Part shown: piece by piece, positions 1 to 8,881 of the stretch
How the letters are laid out: each line of letters begins with the position of its first letter
How positions within the stretch are numbered: the stretch's first letter is position 1
Notes under the pieces: generated by a model
Told to the model about the DNA's origin: nothing
The model's input: only the letters and a program-made list of their open reading frames with translations
Databases searched by the model: none
NCBI GenBank assembly: GCA_041579355.1
Contig: JBFGFY010000001.1
Location: forward strand, 1-61,538
Origin: Longimicrobiales bacterium
GTDB lineage: Bacteria > Gemmatimonadota > Gemmatimonadetes > Longimicrobiales > Gaopeijiaceae
Length of the DNA stretch: 61,538 nt
Reading direction: 5' to 3'
Program-made: the position numbers and the translations under genes

Positions 1-1
1 A

Positions 2-478
2 CCCTTCAACTCCGAGGGGCTTCCGAACCGGCGTATGGTCTGGTTCGAGCGCGGCGAGCTCCGCAGCCTCCAGTACGACCGCTTTTGGGCGGAGCGCCAG
101 GGGGTCGGGCCGACCGGCTTTGCGGACGCCTACGCCATGTCCGGAGGAGCGGCGAGCATCGAAGAGATGATCGCGAGCACGGAGCGTGGGCTGCTCGTGA
201 CCCGCTTCTGGTACATGAGGAGCGTCGACCAGCGCTCGATCCTCTATACCGGCCTCACCCGTGACGGCACCTTCCTCGTCGAGCGCGGGCGGGTCGTCGG
301 CCCGGTGCAGAACCTGCGCTGGAACGAGTCGCCGCTGAACGTGCTGGCCAACATCGAGATGCTCGGCGTTCCACAGCCGGTGCTCCGCTCAGAGGCGGGT
401 GAGACCGGCGCCGCGGCTCTTATGCCCGCGCTCAAGGTGCGCGGCTTCCGCTTCACCTCCGTTTCGGACGCCGTCTGA
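2..478 (+). CDS. TldD/PmbA-family metallopeptidase, C-terminal fragment (5' end lies outside the window)
   Basis: Reading frame is open to the window edge. The C-terminal sequence (ERGLLVTRFWY..GLTRDGTFLVERG..NLRWNESP) resembles TldD/PmbA-family C-termini. Stop TGA at 476-478. Confidence 0.65.
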   Translation, partial: PFNSEGLPNRRMVWFERGELRSLQYDRFWAERQGVGPTGFADAYAMSGGAASIEEMIASTERGLLVTRFWYMRSVDQRSILYTGLTRDGTFLVERGRVVGPVQNLRWNESPLNVLANIEMLGVPQPVLRSEAGETGAAALMPALKVRGFRFTSVSDAV

Positions 479-485
479 GGGCCCG

Positions 486-1244
486 GTGCGCCTCGGGCTG
501 ACACTCCTCGCCGCGGTCACCTTGGCCGGCGCGGTAGCAGCCTCGGCGCTCGACACACCCGAGCCGCAGTTTCGGCGCAGCTACACCGTCCCCTACGACG
601 GCAAATTCACCTTCACGCGTGTCCGTTACTCGGCGGGCCCGCGCTCGTGGCGAGGGTTTGGGGGCGCGGCTTGGGCGCACGACTACCCCATGGCCGACCT
701 CAACATGCAGACGATGCTGAACGAGTTCACGTCGGTGCGCGCGACACCCGCCGACGTGGGAAGCAACGTCTACGAGCTCGAGGACGACGAGATCTTCCGC
801 AACCCGATCCTCTACGTGTCGGAGCCCGGCACCTGGGGAATCACTCGTGAGGGAGCGGCCAATCTGCGCGAGTTCCTCCTCAAGGGCGGCTTCCTGATCT
901 TCGACGACTTCGAGGAAGACCAGTGGTACAACATGGCCGAGCAGGTCGCGGCCGCGCTCCCCGAGGGGCAGTGGGTCGACATCGGCCCCGAGCATCCCAT
1001 CTTCAACACCTTCTTCTACGTCGAGAACATCTACGTCCCGCACCCGCTCGTGCGTGTCCTGCCGAACTATCGGGTGATCTTCGAGGAGAACGATCCGGCC
1101 GAGCGCATCATGGTGCTCGCGAACCACAACTCCGACCTGGCCGAGTACTGGGAGTACGCGGCGCAGGGGTACTTCCCGGTCGATCCCACGAATGACGCGT
1201 TCCGCCTCGGGATCAACTACATCGTCTACGGCCTGACACGCTGA
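486..1244 (+). CDS. DUF4159-like secreted/membrane-anchored protein
   Basis: Track ORF 399-1244 trimmed to GTG 486, just after the upstream stop and with GAGGG a few nt upstream. N-terminal hydrophobic segment LTLLAAVTLAGAVAASA. The body (FLIFDDFEEDQW, INYIVYGLT) matches my recollection of DUF4159. Confidence 0.65.
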   Translation: MRLGLTLLAAVTLAGAVAASALDTPEPQFRRSYTVPYDGKFTFTRVRYSAGPRSWRGFGGAAWAHDYPMADLNMQTMLNEFTSVRATPADVGSNVYELEDDEIFRNPILYVSEPGTWGITREGAANLREFLLKGGFLIFDDFEEDQWYNMAEQVAAALPEGQWVDIGPEHPIFNTFFYVENIYVPHPLVRVLPNYRVIFEENDPAERIMVLANHNSDLAEYWEYAAQGYFPVDPTNDAFRLGINYIVYGLTR

Positions 1245-1248
1245 CCGC

Positions 1249-2187
1249 GTGTTCGAGACCGCCCTCCTCGCGATCGGCCTCGTTGGGCTCTGGGGCGGCA
1301 CCCTGTTGACGGTGCGCGGCGCCGTCGAGGTGAGCGAGCGGCACGGCCTTTCGCAGGGCTTCATCGGCCTCACGATCCTCGCGATCGGGACCGACCTTCC
1401 TGAGCTCCTCGTCTCGGTGAGCGGGAGCATCCAACAGCTGCAGGGTGTCGAGTCGTCGGGGGTGATCGTGGGCAACGCGACCGGGAGCGCCATGGCACAG
1501 GGCACACTCGTGCTCGGCGTGGCAGGGCTCTTCGGCTACCTGGGTATCGCGAAGCGAATGGTGCAACGGGACGGCACGACGCTCTTGCTCGCGATCGCGC
1601 TGACGACGGCGCTCTGTTGGGACGGCGACGTCACGCGGGTCGAGGGGGCCACGCTGCTCATCGCCTACCTCATGTACTTCGTGGCGCTCGTGCAGGCCGA
1701 GAGCCGAGAGCTGGACGAGGTCGAGGGCCCCATGGTGCGTGCGCTGTCGCCGTTCTGGGCCCTCGGCGTGGGACTCGTAGCGGTGATCCTGGCCGCGCAC
1801 GTGGTGGTGACCGAGGGGATCGCCATCGCCGAAGCCTACGGCATCAGTCAGACCGTCGTCGGCGCGCTCATCATCGCGCTCGGTACGAGCCTGCCGGAGC
1901 TCGCGCTCTCCATCGGCGCCGCACGCCAGGGCCACGCGAGCCTCTCCGTCGGAAACATCATCGGGAGCAACATCTTCGACCTGCTGGTGCCGGTAGGCGT
2001 GGCCGCCGCCATCCACCCCCTAGTGGTGGCAGAGGCGACGACCACGTTCGACCTTCCCGTCTTCGCCTTCGTCACCGCGGCGCTCCTCTTCTTCATGCTG
2101 TATCGCGAGGGACTCCAGCGGGGCGAGGCGGTGCTGCTCATCGTTTGCTACGTCGGGTACGTCGTCCTACGCGGCTTCGTGATCTGA
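1249..2187 (+). CDS. Ca2+/Na+ antiporter, CaCA (YrbG-like) family
   Basis: GTG start. Duplicated alpha-repeat motifs GLTILAIGTDLPEL and GALIIALGTSLPEL, plus GNIIGSNIFDLL. Polytopic hydrophobic profile. Confidence 0.85.
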   Translation: MFETALLAIGLVGLWGGTLLTVRGAVEVSERHGLSQGFIGLTILAIGTDLPELLVSVSGSIQQLQGVESSGVIVGNATGSAMAQGTLVLGVAGLFGYLGIAKRMVQRDGTTLLLAIALTTALCWDGDVTRVEGATLLIAYLMYFVALVQAESRELDEVEGPMVRALSPFWALGVGLVAVILAAHVVVTEGIAIAEAYGISQTVVGALIIALGTSLPELALSIGAARQGHASLSVGNIIGSNIFDLLVPVGVAAAIHPLVVAEATTTFDLPVFAFVTAALLFFMLYREGLQRGEAVLLIVCYVGYVVLRGFVI

Positions 2188-2200
2188 CGCGCACGGGGCT

Positions 2201-3010
2201 TCAGTCGAACTCGATCTCTGTGAAGCCGTTCTCCATCTCGAGCTCGAACTCCAGGAGCTGGCCGGTGCGGTCGTAGTCGAACTGCCTCAGATCCATGACC
2301 CGGCCGTCCGGGAGCATGAACCAGATCTCCGGTGCCACGTCGACGGTGAGCTCACGGCTCGGTCCGCCGGCGCTGACGACCAGGGGCGGCACCAGGTCGA
2401 TCTCGATCTCCACCTCTGCCTCGAGGAAGACTCGGAACCTCTCGGCCGAGCCGCCGTTCGGCGTGAACGAGCCCACCACGAGCGCGCTGGCCTTACGAGG
2501 CCAATCCGGAAACTCGGCCAGGATCTGGGCACGGAGCGCCGCGATCTGAGCCGCCAAGACCGGGTCCTGCTCGTCGTCCTCGAGATCCTCGATCTCGAAC
2601 TCGAGCTCCTTGTAGGTCCCCTCGGGGATGAGACCGGTCATGGCCGCGATCGGCTGACCGTCGAGCGGTAGGTCGAGGAAGCGCGGCGGCGCCTCGAAGT
2701 CGGGGCAGTCGTCACTCGAGGGCCCGGAGTTGTCGCAGGCGCCGTCCTCCGCCTCGAGCTCCACCTCGGCCACGATCACGCGGATCTCGTCGATGGTTAG
2801 GGTGCCGTTGGTGCCCTGCATCACGAGCGGCGGTCCCGCCACCCGCGCCGGGCCGGACACTCGGCTCGGTCCGGGCGCCGCGCCCGCGGCACCGTCCACG
2901 CGGAAGTTGAGCGTAACCGACTGGAAGCCCGCCGGGCCCGTCGAATCGCTGCAGGCGCCGGTCGCGGCGAGCACCAGGCCCGCCACGGCCGCACGCGAAG
3001 CCCACTGCAT
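2201..3010 (-). CDS. acidic lipoprotein of unknown function (possibly DUF4382-like)
   Basis: Track ORF 2201-3133 trimmed to ATG 3010 (MQWASRAAVAGLVLAATGAC, lipobox). GAGGTGG lies upstream. Very acidic C-terminal half (ELEFEIEDLEDDE, EAEVEIEIDL). A sigma-54 type promoter lies upstream. Confidence 0.6.
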   Translation of the reverse strand: MQWASRAAVAGLVLAATGACSDSTGPAGFQSVTLNFRVDGAAGAAPGPSRVSGPARVAGPPLVMQGTNGTLTIDEIRVIVAEVELEAEDGACDNSGPSSDDCPDFEAPPRFLDLPLDGQPIAAMTGLIPEGTYKELEFEIEDLEDDEQDPVLAAQIAALRAQILAEFPDWPRKASALVVGSFTPNGGSAERFRVFLEAEVEIEIDLVPPLVVSAGGPSRELTVDVAPEIWFMLPDGRVMDLRQFDYDRTGQLLEFELEMENGFTEIEFD

Positions 3011-3066
3011 TCTGTTCACTTGTCCACCTCGTTGCTGGGTGTTTGGGAAGATCACCCGTTCACCCA

Positions 3067-3082
3067 AGCAAGCCACGTGCCC
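3067..3082 (-). promoter_or_regulatory. sigma-54 (-24/-12) promoter for lipoprotein gene 2201-3010
   Basis: The minus strand reads GGGCACGTGGCTTGCT, i.e. GGCACG-N4-TTGCT with exact GG-N10-GC spacing. It lies about 57 nt upstream of the ATG at 3010 and is divergent from the sigma-54 activator gene. Confidence 0.65.
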
Positions 3083-3193
3083 TAGCCGTAAGTCGTTGTC
3101 TGCATTTGTCTTGTGGATCAGTCCCGACACCACGGAGAGGCGTGGTGCACCAAGATTCGTTCTCCGGTCTCGACGATTTCACCATATTGGTGC

Positions 3194-4561
3194 ATGAACG
3201 CACCATCCCCCGGGCTGCTCGCCCTCGTCGATGCAGAAAGCGCCGAAGGCGTGGAGGCCGCAGGTCAGGCCGAAGGGCTCGACGTCACGCGCGCTTCCTC
3301 CCTCGCCGAGCTGCTGAGGGCCCTGCGCGACCGGCCCTGGACGGCGACCGTGCTCTCCCTCTCCGTCGACCCCGTGGACGGGGACATTGCGCGGCGGGTG
3401 GCCGACGAGGGGAACGCTGGCGCGCTCGTGCTCACCGCGCCCGCGCTGTCGCTCGAGCGTGCCTTGCTGGCCGAGCGCGCAGGGGCCCTCGCGCTCCTCC
3501 GGGAGCCCGTGCAGCCCGAGCAGCTGCGGGCGGAGCTCCGTGGCTCGCTCGACGAGGGGCGGGAGGTCCCCTTCCCCGAAGACGCCGCCGACGAGGCCCC
3601 GGACGTCGACGGCCCCCCGGAGCTCATCGGGGAGAGCCCCCCCATGGGCACCGTCTTCGAGGCGGTGGCACGCGTGGCTGACTCCGCGGCGACCGTCCTC
3701 CTGACCGGCGAGTCGGGCACGGGGAAGGAGGTGGTCGCGCGGGCTCTGCACTGGGCCAGCGGACGCCGTGCCGGACCGTTCGTCGCCGTGAACTGCGCTG
3801 CGATCCCCGAGCATCTACTGGAGTCCGAGCTCTTCGGGCACGAGAAGGGCGCGTTCACGGGGGCGGTCGCACGCCGCGTCGGGCGATTCGAGCGCGCGGG
3901 GGGCGGCACCCTGTTCCTCGACGAGATCGGGGACATGAGCCTCGTCCTGCAGGCGAAGGTCTTGCGCGCCCTCGAGGAGCGCACGGTCGAGCGGGTGGGC
4001 GGCGGGGACCCGATCCGCGTCGACGTGCGTGTCGTCGCGGCGACGAACCGGGACCTCGCGCGTGCCATGGCCGACGGCAGCTTCCGAGAGGACCTCTACT
4101 ACCGCCTGGCGGTCGTGGAGCTAACCCTCCCCCCGCTCCGCGAGCGGGGAGGCGACTTGCGTGTCCTGGCCCTCCACTTCGGCGCCCACTTCGCGCGGCG
4201 GCACGCGCGGCCGGTGCGCGCGATCACCGAGAAGGCGCTCGCCCGCCTCGAGAGCGCGGCTTGGCCCGGCAACGTGCGGGAGCTGCGTAACGTGATGGAC
4301 CGCGCGGTCTTGCTGGCCAAGGGACGGGCGATCGGGACCAGCGACCTGCGCGTCGGTGCAGCGGCCCCGACGGCCGCGGCGACGGGCTCGTCCGCGCCGG
4401 CCGGGTACGCCCCGACGCTGACGCTCGAGGCGGTCGAGGCGGATCACATCAGGCGGGTGCTCGAGGCGGTCGGGGGCCACATCGGCGAGGCCGCCGAGAC
4501 GCTCGGCATCCACCGCAACACGCTCACCCGCAAGATGAAGTCGTATGGCCTCGGCGCGTAG
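3194..4561 (+). CDS. sigma-54-dependent transcriptional activator (NtrC/Fis-family EBP) with a degenerate receiver-like N-terminus
   Basis: Track ORF trimmed to ATG 3194. Walker A GESGTGKE, GAFTGA loop (EKGAFTGAV), AAA+ core, and C-terminal Fis-type HTH (AAETLGIHRNTLTRKMKSYGL). Confidence 0.9.
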   Translation: MNAPSPGLLALVDAESAEGVEAAGQAEGLDVTRASSLAELLRALRDRPWTATVLSLSVDPVDGDIARRVADEGNAGALVLTAPALSLERALLAERAGALALLREPVQPEQLRAELRGSLDEGREVPFPEDAADEAPDVDGPPELIGESPPMGTVFEAVARVADSAATVLLTGESGTGKEVVARALHWASGRRAGPFVAVNCAAIPEHLLESELFGHEKGAFTGAVARRVGRFERAGGGTLFLDEIGDMSLVLQAKVLRALEERTVERVGGGDPIRVDVRVVAATNRDLARAMADGSFREDLYYRLAVVELTLPPLRERGGDLRVLALHFGAHFARRHARPVRAITEKALARLESAAWPGNVRELRNVMDRAVLLAKGRAIGTSDLRVGAAAPTAAATGSSAPAGYAPTLTLEAVEADHIRRVLEAVGGHIGEAAETLGIHRNTLTRKMKSYGLGA

Positions 4562-4658
4562 CGGCCCCGAATGGGGGCGGTCCCGCACCAAAACGGGGCA
4601 GGAGGCCGGCCTGGAGCAACCCGTTCGCTGGGACCTCCGTCGGCCTAACTCCATGCTA

Positions 4659-4672
4659 GGCAGTACGTTCGC
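4659..4672 (+). promoter_or_regulatory. candidate sigma-54 promoter upstream of the TPR/lipoprotein gene pair
   Basis: GGCAGTACGTTCGC has correct GG-N10-GC spacing, with -24 GGCA and -12 TCGC (one mismatch each to GGCAC/TTGC). It lies about 55 nt before ATG 4727, which has a GGGAGAGG RBS. Confidence 0.35.
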
Positions 4673-4726
4673 CTGCCCCGATCCAGCAGCGGGAGACGAG
4701 CACGCCCCCTGCAAGAAGGGAGAGGC

Positions 4727-6040
4727 ATGAAGAAGCGCCTCACCCTCGACCGGATCCGGGAGACGCTCCCCGAGCTCGAGGAGCTCCGCCCGCTCCTCGA
4801 CCGTCTGCTGGTGCGCTCCGAACCCGACCCGACTCGCACCTGGTCGGGGTCGGGGAGGCTCGGCACGGTCGGCTCACGCGTCGTGGCGCGCGACGAGCTC
4901 GACGGGGAGCTGCCCCGGGAGGTGGCGCAGGCCGAGGCCCGGCACCTCGAGCGCCTGTACGGCTCGGTGGCGCGGGCCCTCGGCGCGCTCGCGGACGGGG
5001 CCGGCGGCGAGGCGGGGACGGCACTGCTGGAGGCGGCCGCCCTGGAGGAAGCGCGCGAGCGCCCCGAGCGTGCGGCTGCTTACGCGGCCGCCGCCTACCG
5101 GGCCGCACGCGACGAGCGGGATCAGCGAGTCGCCGCGCTGGCGCTCCGTCGCTGGGCTCGCGCGACCCGCTCCTTCGGCGACCTCACCGAGGCGCTCACC
5201 CTCTACACGAAAGCGTACGGGGCCGAGCAGGCCCTCGGCGACCCGAAGGGGTCCGCGGCGGCCGCTGTCGGCGCGGGCAACGTACTCGAGGAGCAGGGCC
5301 GCTGGAGCGAAGCCGCCAACTGGTACCGCACGGCGCTGGCCGCGCTCGACGCCGTCGAGGGACCCGCATCCGAGCGGTGGCACGCGCTGCTCAACCTGCA
5401 CATCGTCACGCGCTCGGCGGGGCAGGTGGAGGGGAGCATCCCGCTCCTGGAGCGCGCGGCCGACGCCGCCCGAGGGGCGGACGCCGCGGCCGCCGAGCCG
5501 TTCGTGCAGAACGCCTGGGGCCAGCTCCACATGGCGCAGGGTCGCTTCCGGGAGGCCGAGGAGCGGCTGCGGGTCGCCCTCGACGGGGCCGTCGGCGCGC
5601 GGGCGAGGGTCACCATCCGACTCAACCTGGCCGAGGCATTGCTCGCGCAGGAACGTACGCTCGACGCGGCGGAGCACGCGCGCGAGGCCGAGCGGGATGC
5701 CATTCGGGCCGGCCTCGTGCCGAAGCTCCCGGAGGTCTACCGCTTGCTCGGCAGGATCGCCGCCACCGACGGTGACGCCGATGCGTTCGTGTTCTTCGAG
5801 CGGGCACTCGAGCTCGTGAAGGAGCGCACCCTACCCGCGCTGGAAGAGGCGTTGACGCTACAAGCGTACGCCGATGCCGAGGCCCGCCGCGGTGAGCCCG
5901 AGGCGGCACGGCAACTCCAAGAGACAGCACACGAGCGCTTCAGGGCGCTCGGCATGGCACAGATGCGCGCCGCTTGGGCGGACGTGTACGACGGCCCCAC
6001 ATCCGCGGCGCAGCCTTCGCCTGAGGAAGAGAGATCATGA
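4727..6040 (+). CDS. TPR-repeat protein
   Basis: Ala/Leu/Arg-rich helical repeats typical of TPR/SEL1-like solenoids (e.g. AWGQLHMAQGRFREAEERLRVAL). Good RBS. Its stop overlaps the next start (ATGA at 6037-6040). Confidence 0.7.
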   Translation: MKKRLTLDRIRETLPELEELRPLLDRLLVRSEPDPTRTWSGSGRLGTVGSRVVARDELDGELPREVAQAEARHLERLYGSVARALGALADGAGGEAGTALLEAAALEEARERPERAAAYAAAAYRAARDERDQRVAALALRRWARATRSFGDLTEALTLYTKAYGAEQALGDPKGSAAAAVGAGNVLEEQGRWSEAANWYRTALAALDAVEGPASERWHALLNLHIVTRSAGQVEGSIPLLERAADAARGADAAAAEPFVQNAWGQLHMAQGRFREAEERLRVALDGAVGARARVTIRLNLAEALLAQERTLDAAEHAREAERDAIRAGLVPKLPEVYRLLGRIAATDGDADAFVFFERALELVKERTLPALEEALTLQAYADAEARRGEPEAARQLQETAHERFRALGMAQMRAAWADVYDGPTSAAQPSPEEERS

Positions 6041-6681
6041 AGATAGATCGTTGGACGGTATGCGCTTCGCGCCGAGCACGACTTCTTGGCGTGATGGCGC
6101 TCGCGACGTTCGGAAGCGCGTGTGGAAACCTGACGGCCGGCGGCTTCGGTGAGGTCACCGTCGCCGTGTCGGGTGACTTTGCCGAGCCGAGCCCCGCGAG
6201 CCGCGCGGGCCCACAGATGGCCGTGCTGGACGCGCCCGCCCGCTCGGACCATGAGGTCGAAGGTGAGGTCGAGGTGGAGATGCTGCTCTTCCTCGTGTCC
6301 GAGACCCAGGGAGCGGTCCCGCTCGGAGGGGAGCCCGTGCGCGTGCGCGTCGACGTGCGGGGACGCGGCGAGCTCGACGCCGTCGATCGCGCGCTCGTCC
6401 CGGCAGCCCGCTACGACGAGCTACAGATCATCTTCACGGACATCGAGGCCGAAGTACAAGGCCTCGTGATCAACGGTGTGCCGGTCGAGCGGGTGGAGGT
6501 CGAGATCGAGGACGTGAGCCTACCGGTCTCGCGAGCGATCGACCTACAGGTAGACGAAGGCGGAATGGTCGATCTGCTCGTGGACCTCAACGCCCTCGCA
6601 TGGCTTCAGGCCGTCGATCCCGTGCTCGGCACGGTCGACGAGAGCGTCTTCGCGGCCCTGGTGAGCGTCGTGGTCCGCTAA
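6037..6681 (+). CDS. acidic lipoprotein, distant paralogue of 2201-3010 (possibly DUF4382-like)
   Basis: Signal peptide plus lipobox (LLGVMALATFGSAC). Acidic runs (EVEGEVEVEM, VEVEIEDV). Shares a Y-[KD]-E-L-x-[FI]-x-[IF]-x-D-[LI]-E stretch with the 2201-3010 product. Confidence 0.6.
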   Translation: MKIDRWTVCASRRARLLGVMALATFGSACGNLTAGGFGEVTVAVSGDFAEPSPASRAGPQMAVLDAPARSDHEVEGEVEVEMLLFLVSETQGAVPLGGEPVRVRVDVRGRGELDAVDRALVPAARYDELQIIFTDIEAEVQGLVINGVPVERVEVEIEDVSLPVSRAIDLQVDEGGMVDLLVDLNALAWLQAVDPVLGTVDESVFAALVSVVVR

Positions 6682-7406
6682 GGTCGGTCGACCACTTCCG
6701 AGACCTCGGACGCGGCGTCCTGGAGGAGCTGCTTCACCTCGCTGTCCGAGACCGGCGTGAAGTCGTCGTACCAGGCCCCCACCGCCGCGAACTGGATCGG
6801 CGTGCGCAGACATATGACCTCGTCCGCCTGGTCCTCGAGCCCGCTGACCGTCTCCGCGGCAGCGACCGGGCACGCCACGATGCGCCCCTTGACGCCGCGC
6901 TGCGCGAGCGACGCCAGCGCCGCGCGGACCGTGGAGCCGGTCGCGATCCCGTCATCGATCACGACCACCGTCTTGCCGGCGATGTCCACGCGATCGTGGT
7001 CGTCCCGATAGAGACGCTCGCGGCGCTCCAGCTCCTGCCGCTCCCGCTCGACGATGTCGTTCACGACATCGTCCCCGAGGCCGAGCGCCCGTAGGTGATC
7101 CTCGTTCAGGACCACGACGCCACCTGTCGCGATCGCGCCGAAGGCGAGCTCGGGCTGCCAGGGCACTCCCAGCTTGCGCACGAGGAGCACGTCGAGAGGG
7201 GCGCCGAGCCGCACCGCGACTTCGTGAGCGACGGGCGTGCCTCCGCGCGGGAGCGCGAGGATGACGGCCTCCTCTGCCTTGATCCGTGACTCGAGGCGCT
7301 CGGCGAGCTGCCGGCCCGCGTCGCGTCGGTCGGAGAAGCGCTCGAGTGTGTCCAAGGTGTGCAGGTCGGTCACGGCAGACTCATCCTCTTGCTGGGGGGG
7401 CGCCAT
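6678..7406 (-). CDS. phosphoribosyltransferase-family protein
   Basis: PRPP-binding loop VVVIDDGIATGST. N-terminal LALPRGGTPVAHEVA motif typical of type I PRTases of unknown substrate. Confidence 0.8.
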   Translation of the reverse strand: MAPPQQEDESAVTDLHTLDTLERFSDRRDAGRQLAERLESRIKAEEAVILALPRGGTPVAHEVAVRLGAPLDVLLVRKLGVPWQPELAFGAIATGGVVVLNEDHLRALGLGDDVVNDIVERERQELERRERLYRDDHDRVDIAGKTVVVIDDGIATGSTVRAALASLAQRGVKGRIVACPVAAAETVSGLEDQADEVICLRTPIQFAAVGAWYDDFTPVSDSEVKQLLQDAASEVSEVVDRP

Positions 7407-7447
7407 ATCTTAGCAAAGTCGCGCGGTCGAGACAGTGCCCGCTCCCC

Positions 7448-8881
7448 TCAGCCCTTCACCACGCCCATCGTGGCCAGCCGCGCCACTTTGCGCGCCAGGC
7501 CGGCCCGGTGCACGACGCTCACGACCTCGTCTACATCCTTGTACGCGTGCGGGGCCTCTTCCGCCAGCTCTTTCAGCGACGGGCAACGCACGATGATGCC
7601 TTGCTCGGCCAGCTCCTCGCGGACCTCTCGACCGTGGCGCGTGCGGCGAGCCTGGCCCCGGCTCATGCGGCGGCCCGCCCCGTGGCAGGCGCTGCCGAAG
7701 GAGCGCTTTTCGGCGAGCCCGGTGCCCACCATGACACACGAGCCGGTGCCCATGCTGCCGGGGATGAAGACCGGCTGGCCGATCTCCGAGTAGGCCGCCG
7801 GGGTCTCGGGGTGTCCTGGGCCGAAGGCGCGGGTGGCACCTTTGCGATGGACGCACAGCTGGCGGCCGGAGTACTCCTCGACCTTGGCCACGTTGTGGGC
7901 CACGTCGTACACGAGGCGAAGCTCGGCCCGCTCACCGAGCACGCGGCGAAAGGACGCCCGCGCGAGGTGCGCGATCACCTGGCGGTTGCACCATGCGTAG
8001 TTCGCTGCGGCGCACATCGCGCCGAAGTAGGCCCGACCCTCCGGGGAGGCGAACGGGGCGCACGCCAGTTGGCGATCCGGGAGCCGGATGCCGTGCTCGG
8101 CCATGGCCCGGTCCATGCGGGCCACGTAGTCGGTGCAGACCTGATGACCCAACCCGCGCGACCCGGTGTGGATCAGGATGCAGACCTGGTCGGGCTGAAG
8201 GCCCAGCGCCGCGGCAGCCTCGTCATCGACGACCTCTCCCACCCGCTCGACCTCCACGAAGTGGTTCCCGGAGCCCATCGTGCCGAGCTGCCCACGCCCC
8301 CGGTCCCGAGCCCGCTTCGAGACCGCGCGCGGATCGGCACCCGGCAGGCAGCCTCCCGATTCGGTGTGGACCAGGTCGTGCTCTGTGGCCATCCCGCGGC
8401 TCGCGAGGTACGCGCACCCTTCGCTGAACACGCGGTCGAGCTCGGGGTCCGTCATTTCCAGGTCGCCTCCGCGACCGGTCCCGGATGGGATCGTCCGGCC
8501 GAGATCCTCGACCAGCGATTCGAGCCGGGACACCACGTCTGCCGCGCTCCGGTTCGAAGCGAGCAGCCGCACTCCACAGTTGATGTCGTAGCCGACGCCA
8601 CCCGGGGAGATGATCCCCTCTTCCAGGTCGAACGCCGCGACCCCACCCACTGGAAACCCGTATCCCTCGTGCGCGTCGGGCATGGCATACGCCGCCTCCA
8701 TCACACCCGGCAGGGTGGCGACGTTGACCAGCTGCTCGATCGTACGGTCGCGCGAGATCTGCTCCCACAGCCGCTGGTCCGCGTAGATGCGCGCGGGAAC
8801 GCGCATGTCCGCCCGGGCGCTGGTCGAGATCTCCACGAGCGTGTCCCCTCGGCGGCGGATGGAGTCCTTCGGAATCGTCAC
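7448..8881 (-). CDS. rtcB: RNA-splicing ligase RtcB (3'-phosphate/5'-hydroxy RNA ligase)
   Basis: Motifs GYDINCGVRLL, GSGNHFVEVE, HTGSRGLGHQV, PGSMGTGS and CHGAGRRMSR. The GTG start overlaps the archease stop (GTGA at 8878-8881). Confidence 0.95.
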   Translation of the reverse strand: MTIPKDSIRRRGDTLVEISTSARADMRVPARIYADQRLWEQISRDRTIEQLVNVATLPGVMEAAYAMPDAHEGYGFPVGGVAAFDLEEGIISPGGVGYDINCGVRLLASNRSAADVVSRLESLVEDLGRTIPSGTGRGGDLEMTDPELDRVFSEGCAYLASRGMATEHDLVHTESGGCLPGADPRAVSKRARDRGRGQLGTMGSGNHFVEVERVGEVVDDEAAAALGLQPDQVCILIHTGSRGLGHQVCTDYVARMDRAMAEHGIRLPDRQLACAPFASPEGRAYFGAMCAAANYAWCNRQVIAHLARASFRRVLGERAELRLVYDVAHNVAKVEEYSGRQLCVHRKGATRAFGPGHPETPAAYSEIGQPVFIPGSMGTGSCVMVGTGLAEKRSFGSACHGAGRRMSRGQARRTRHGREVREELAEQGIIVRCPSLKELAEEAPHAYKDVDEVVSVVHRAGLARKVARLATMGVVKG

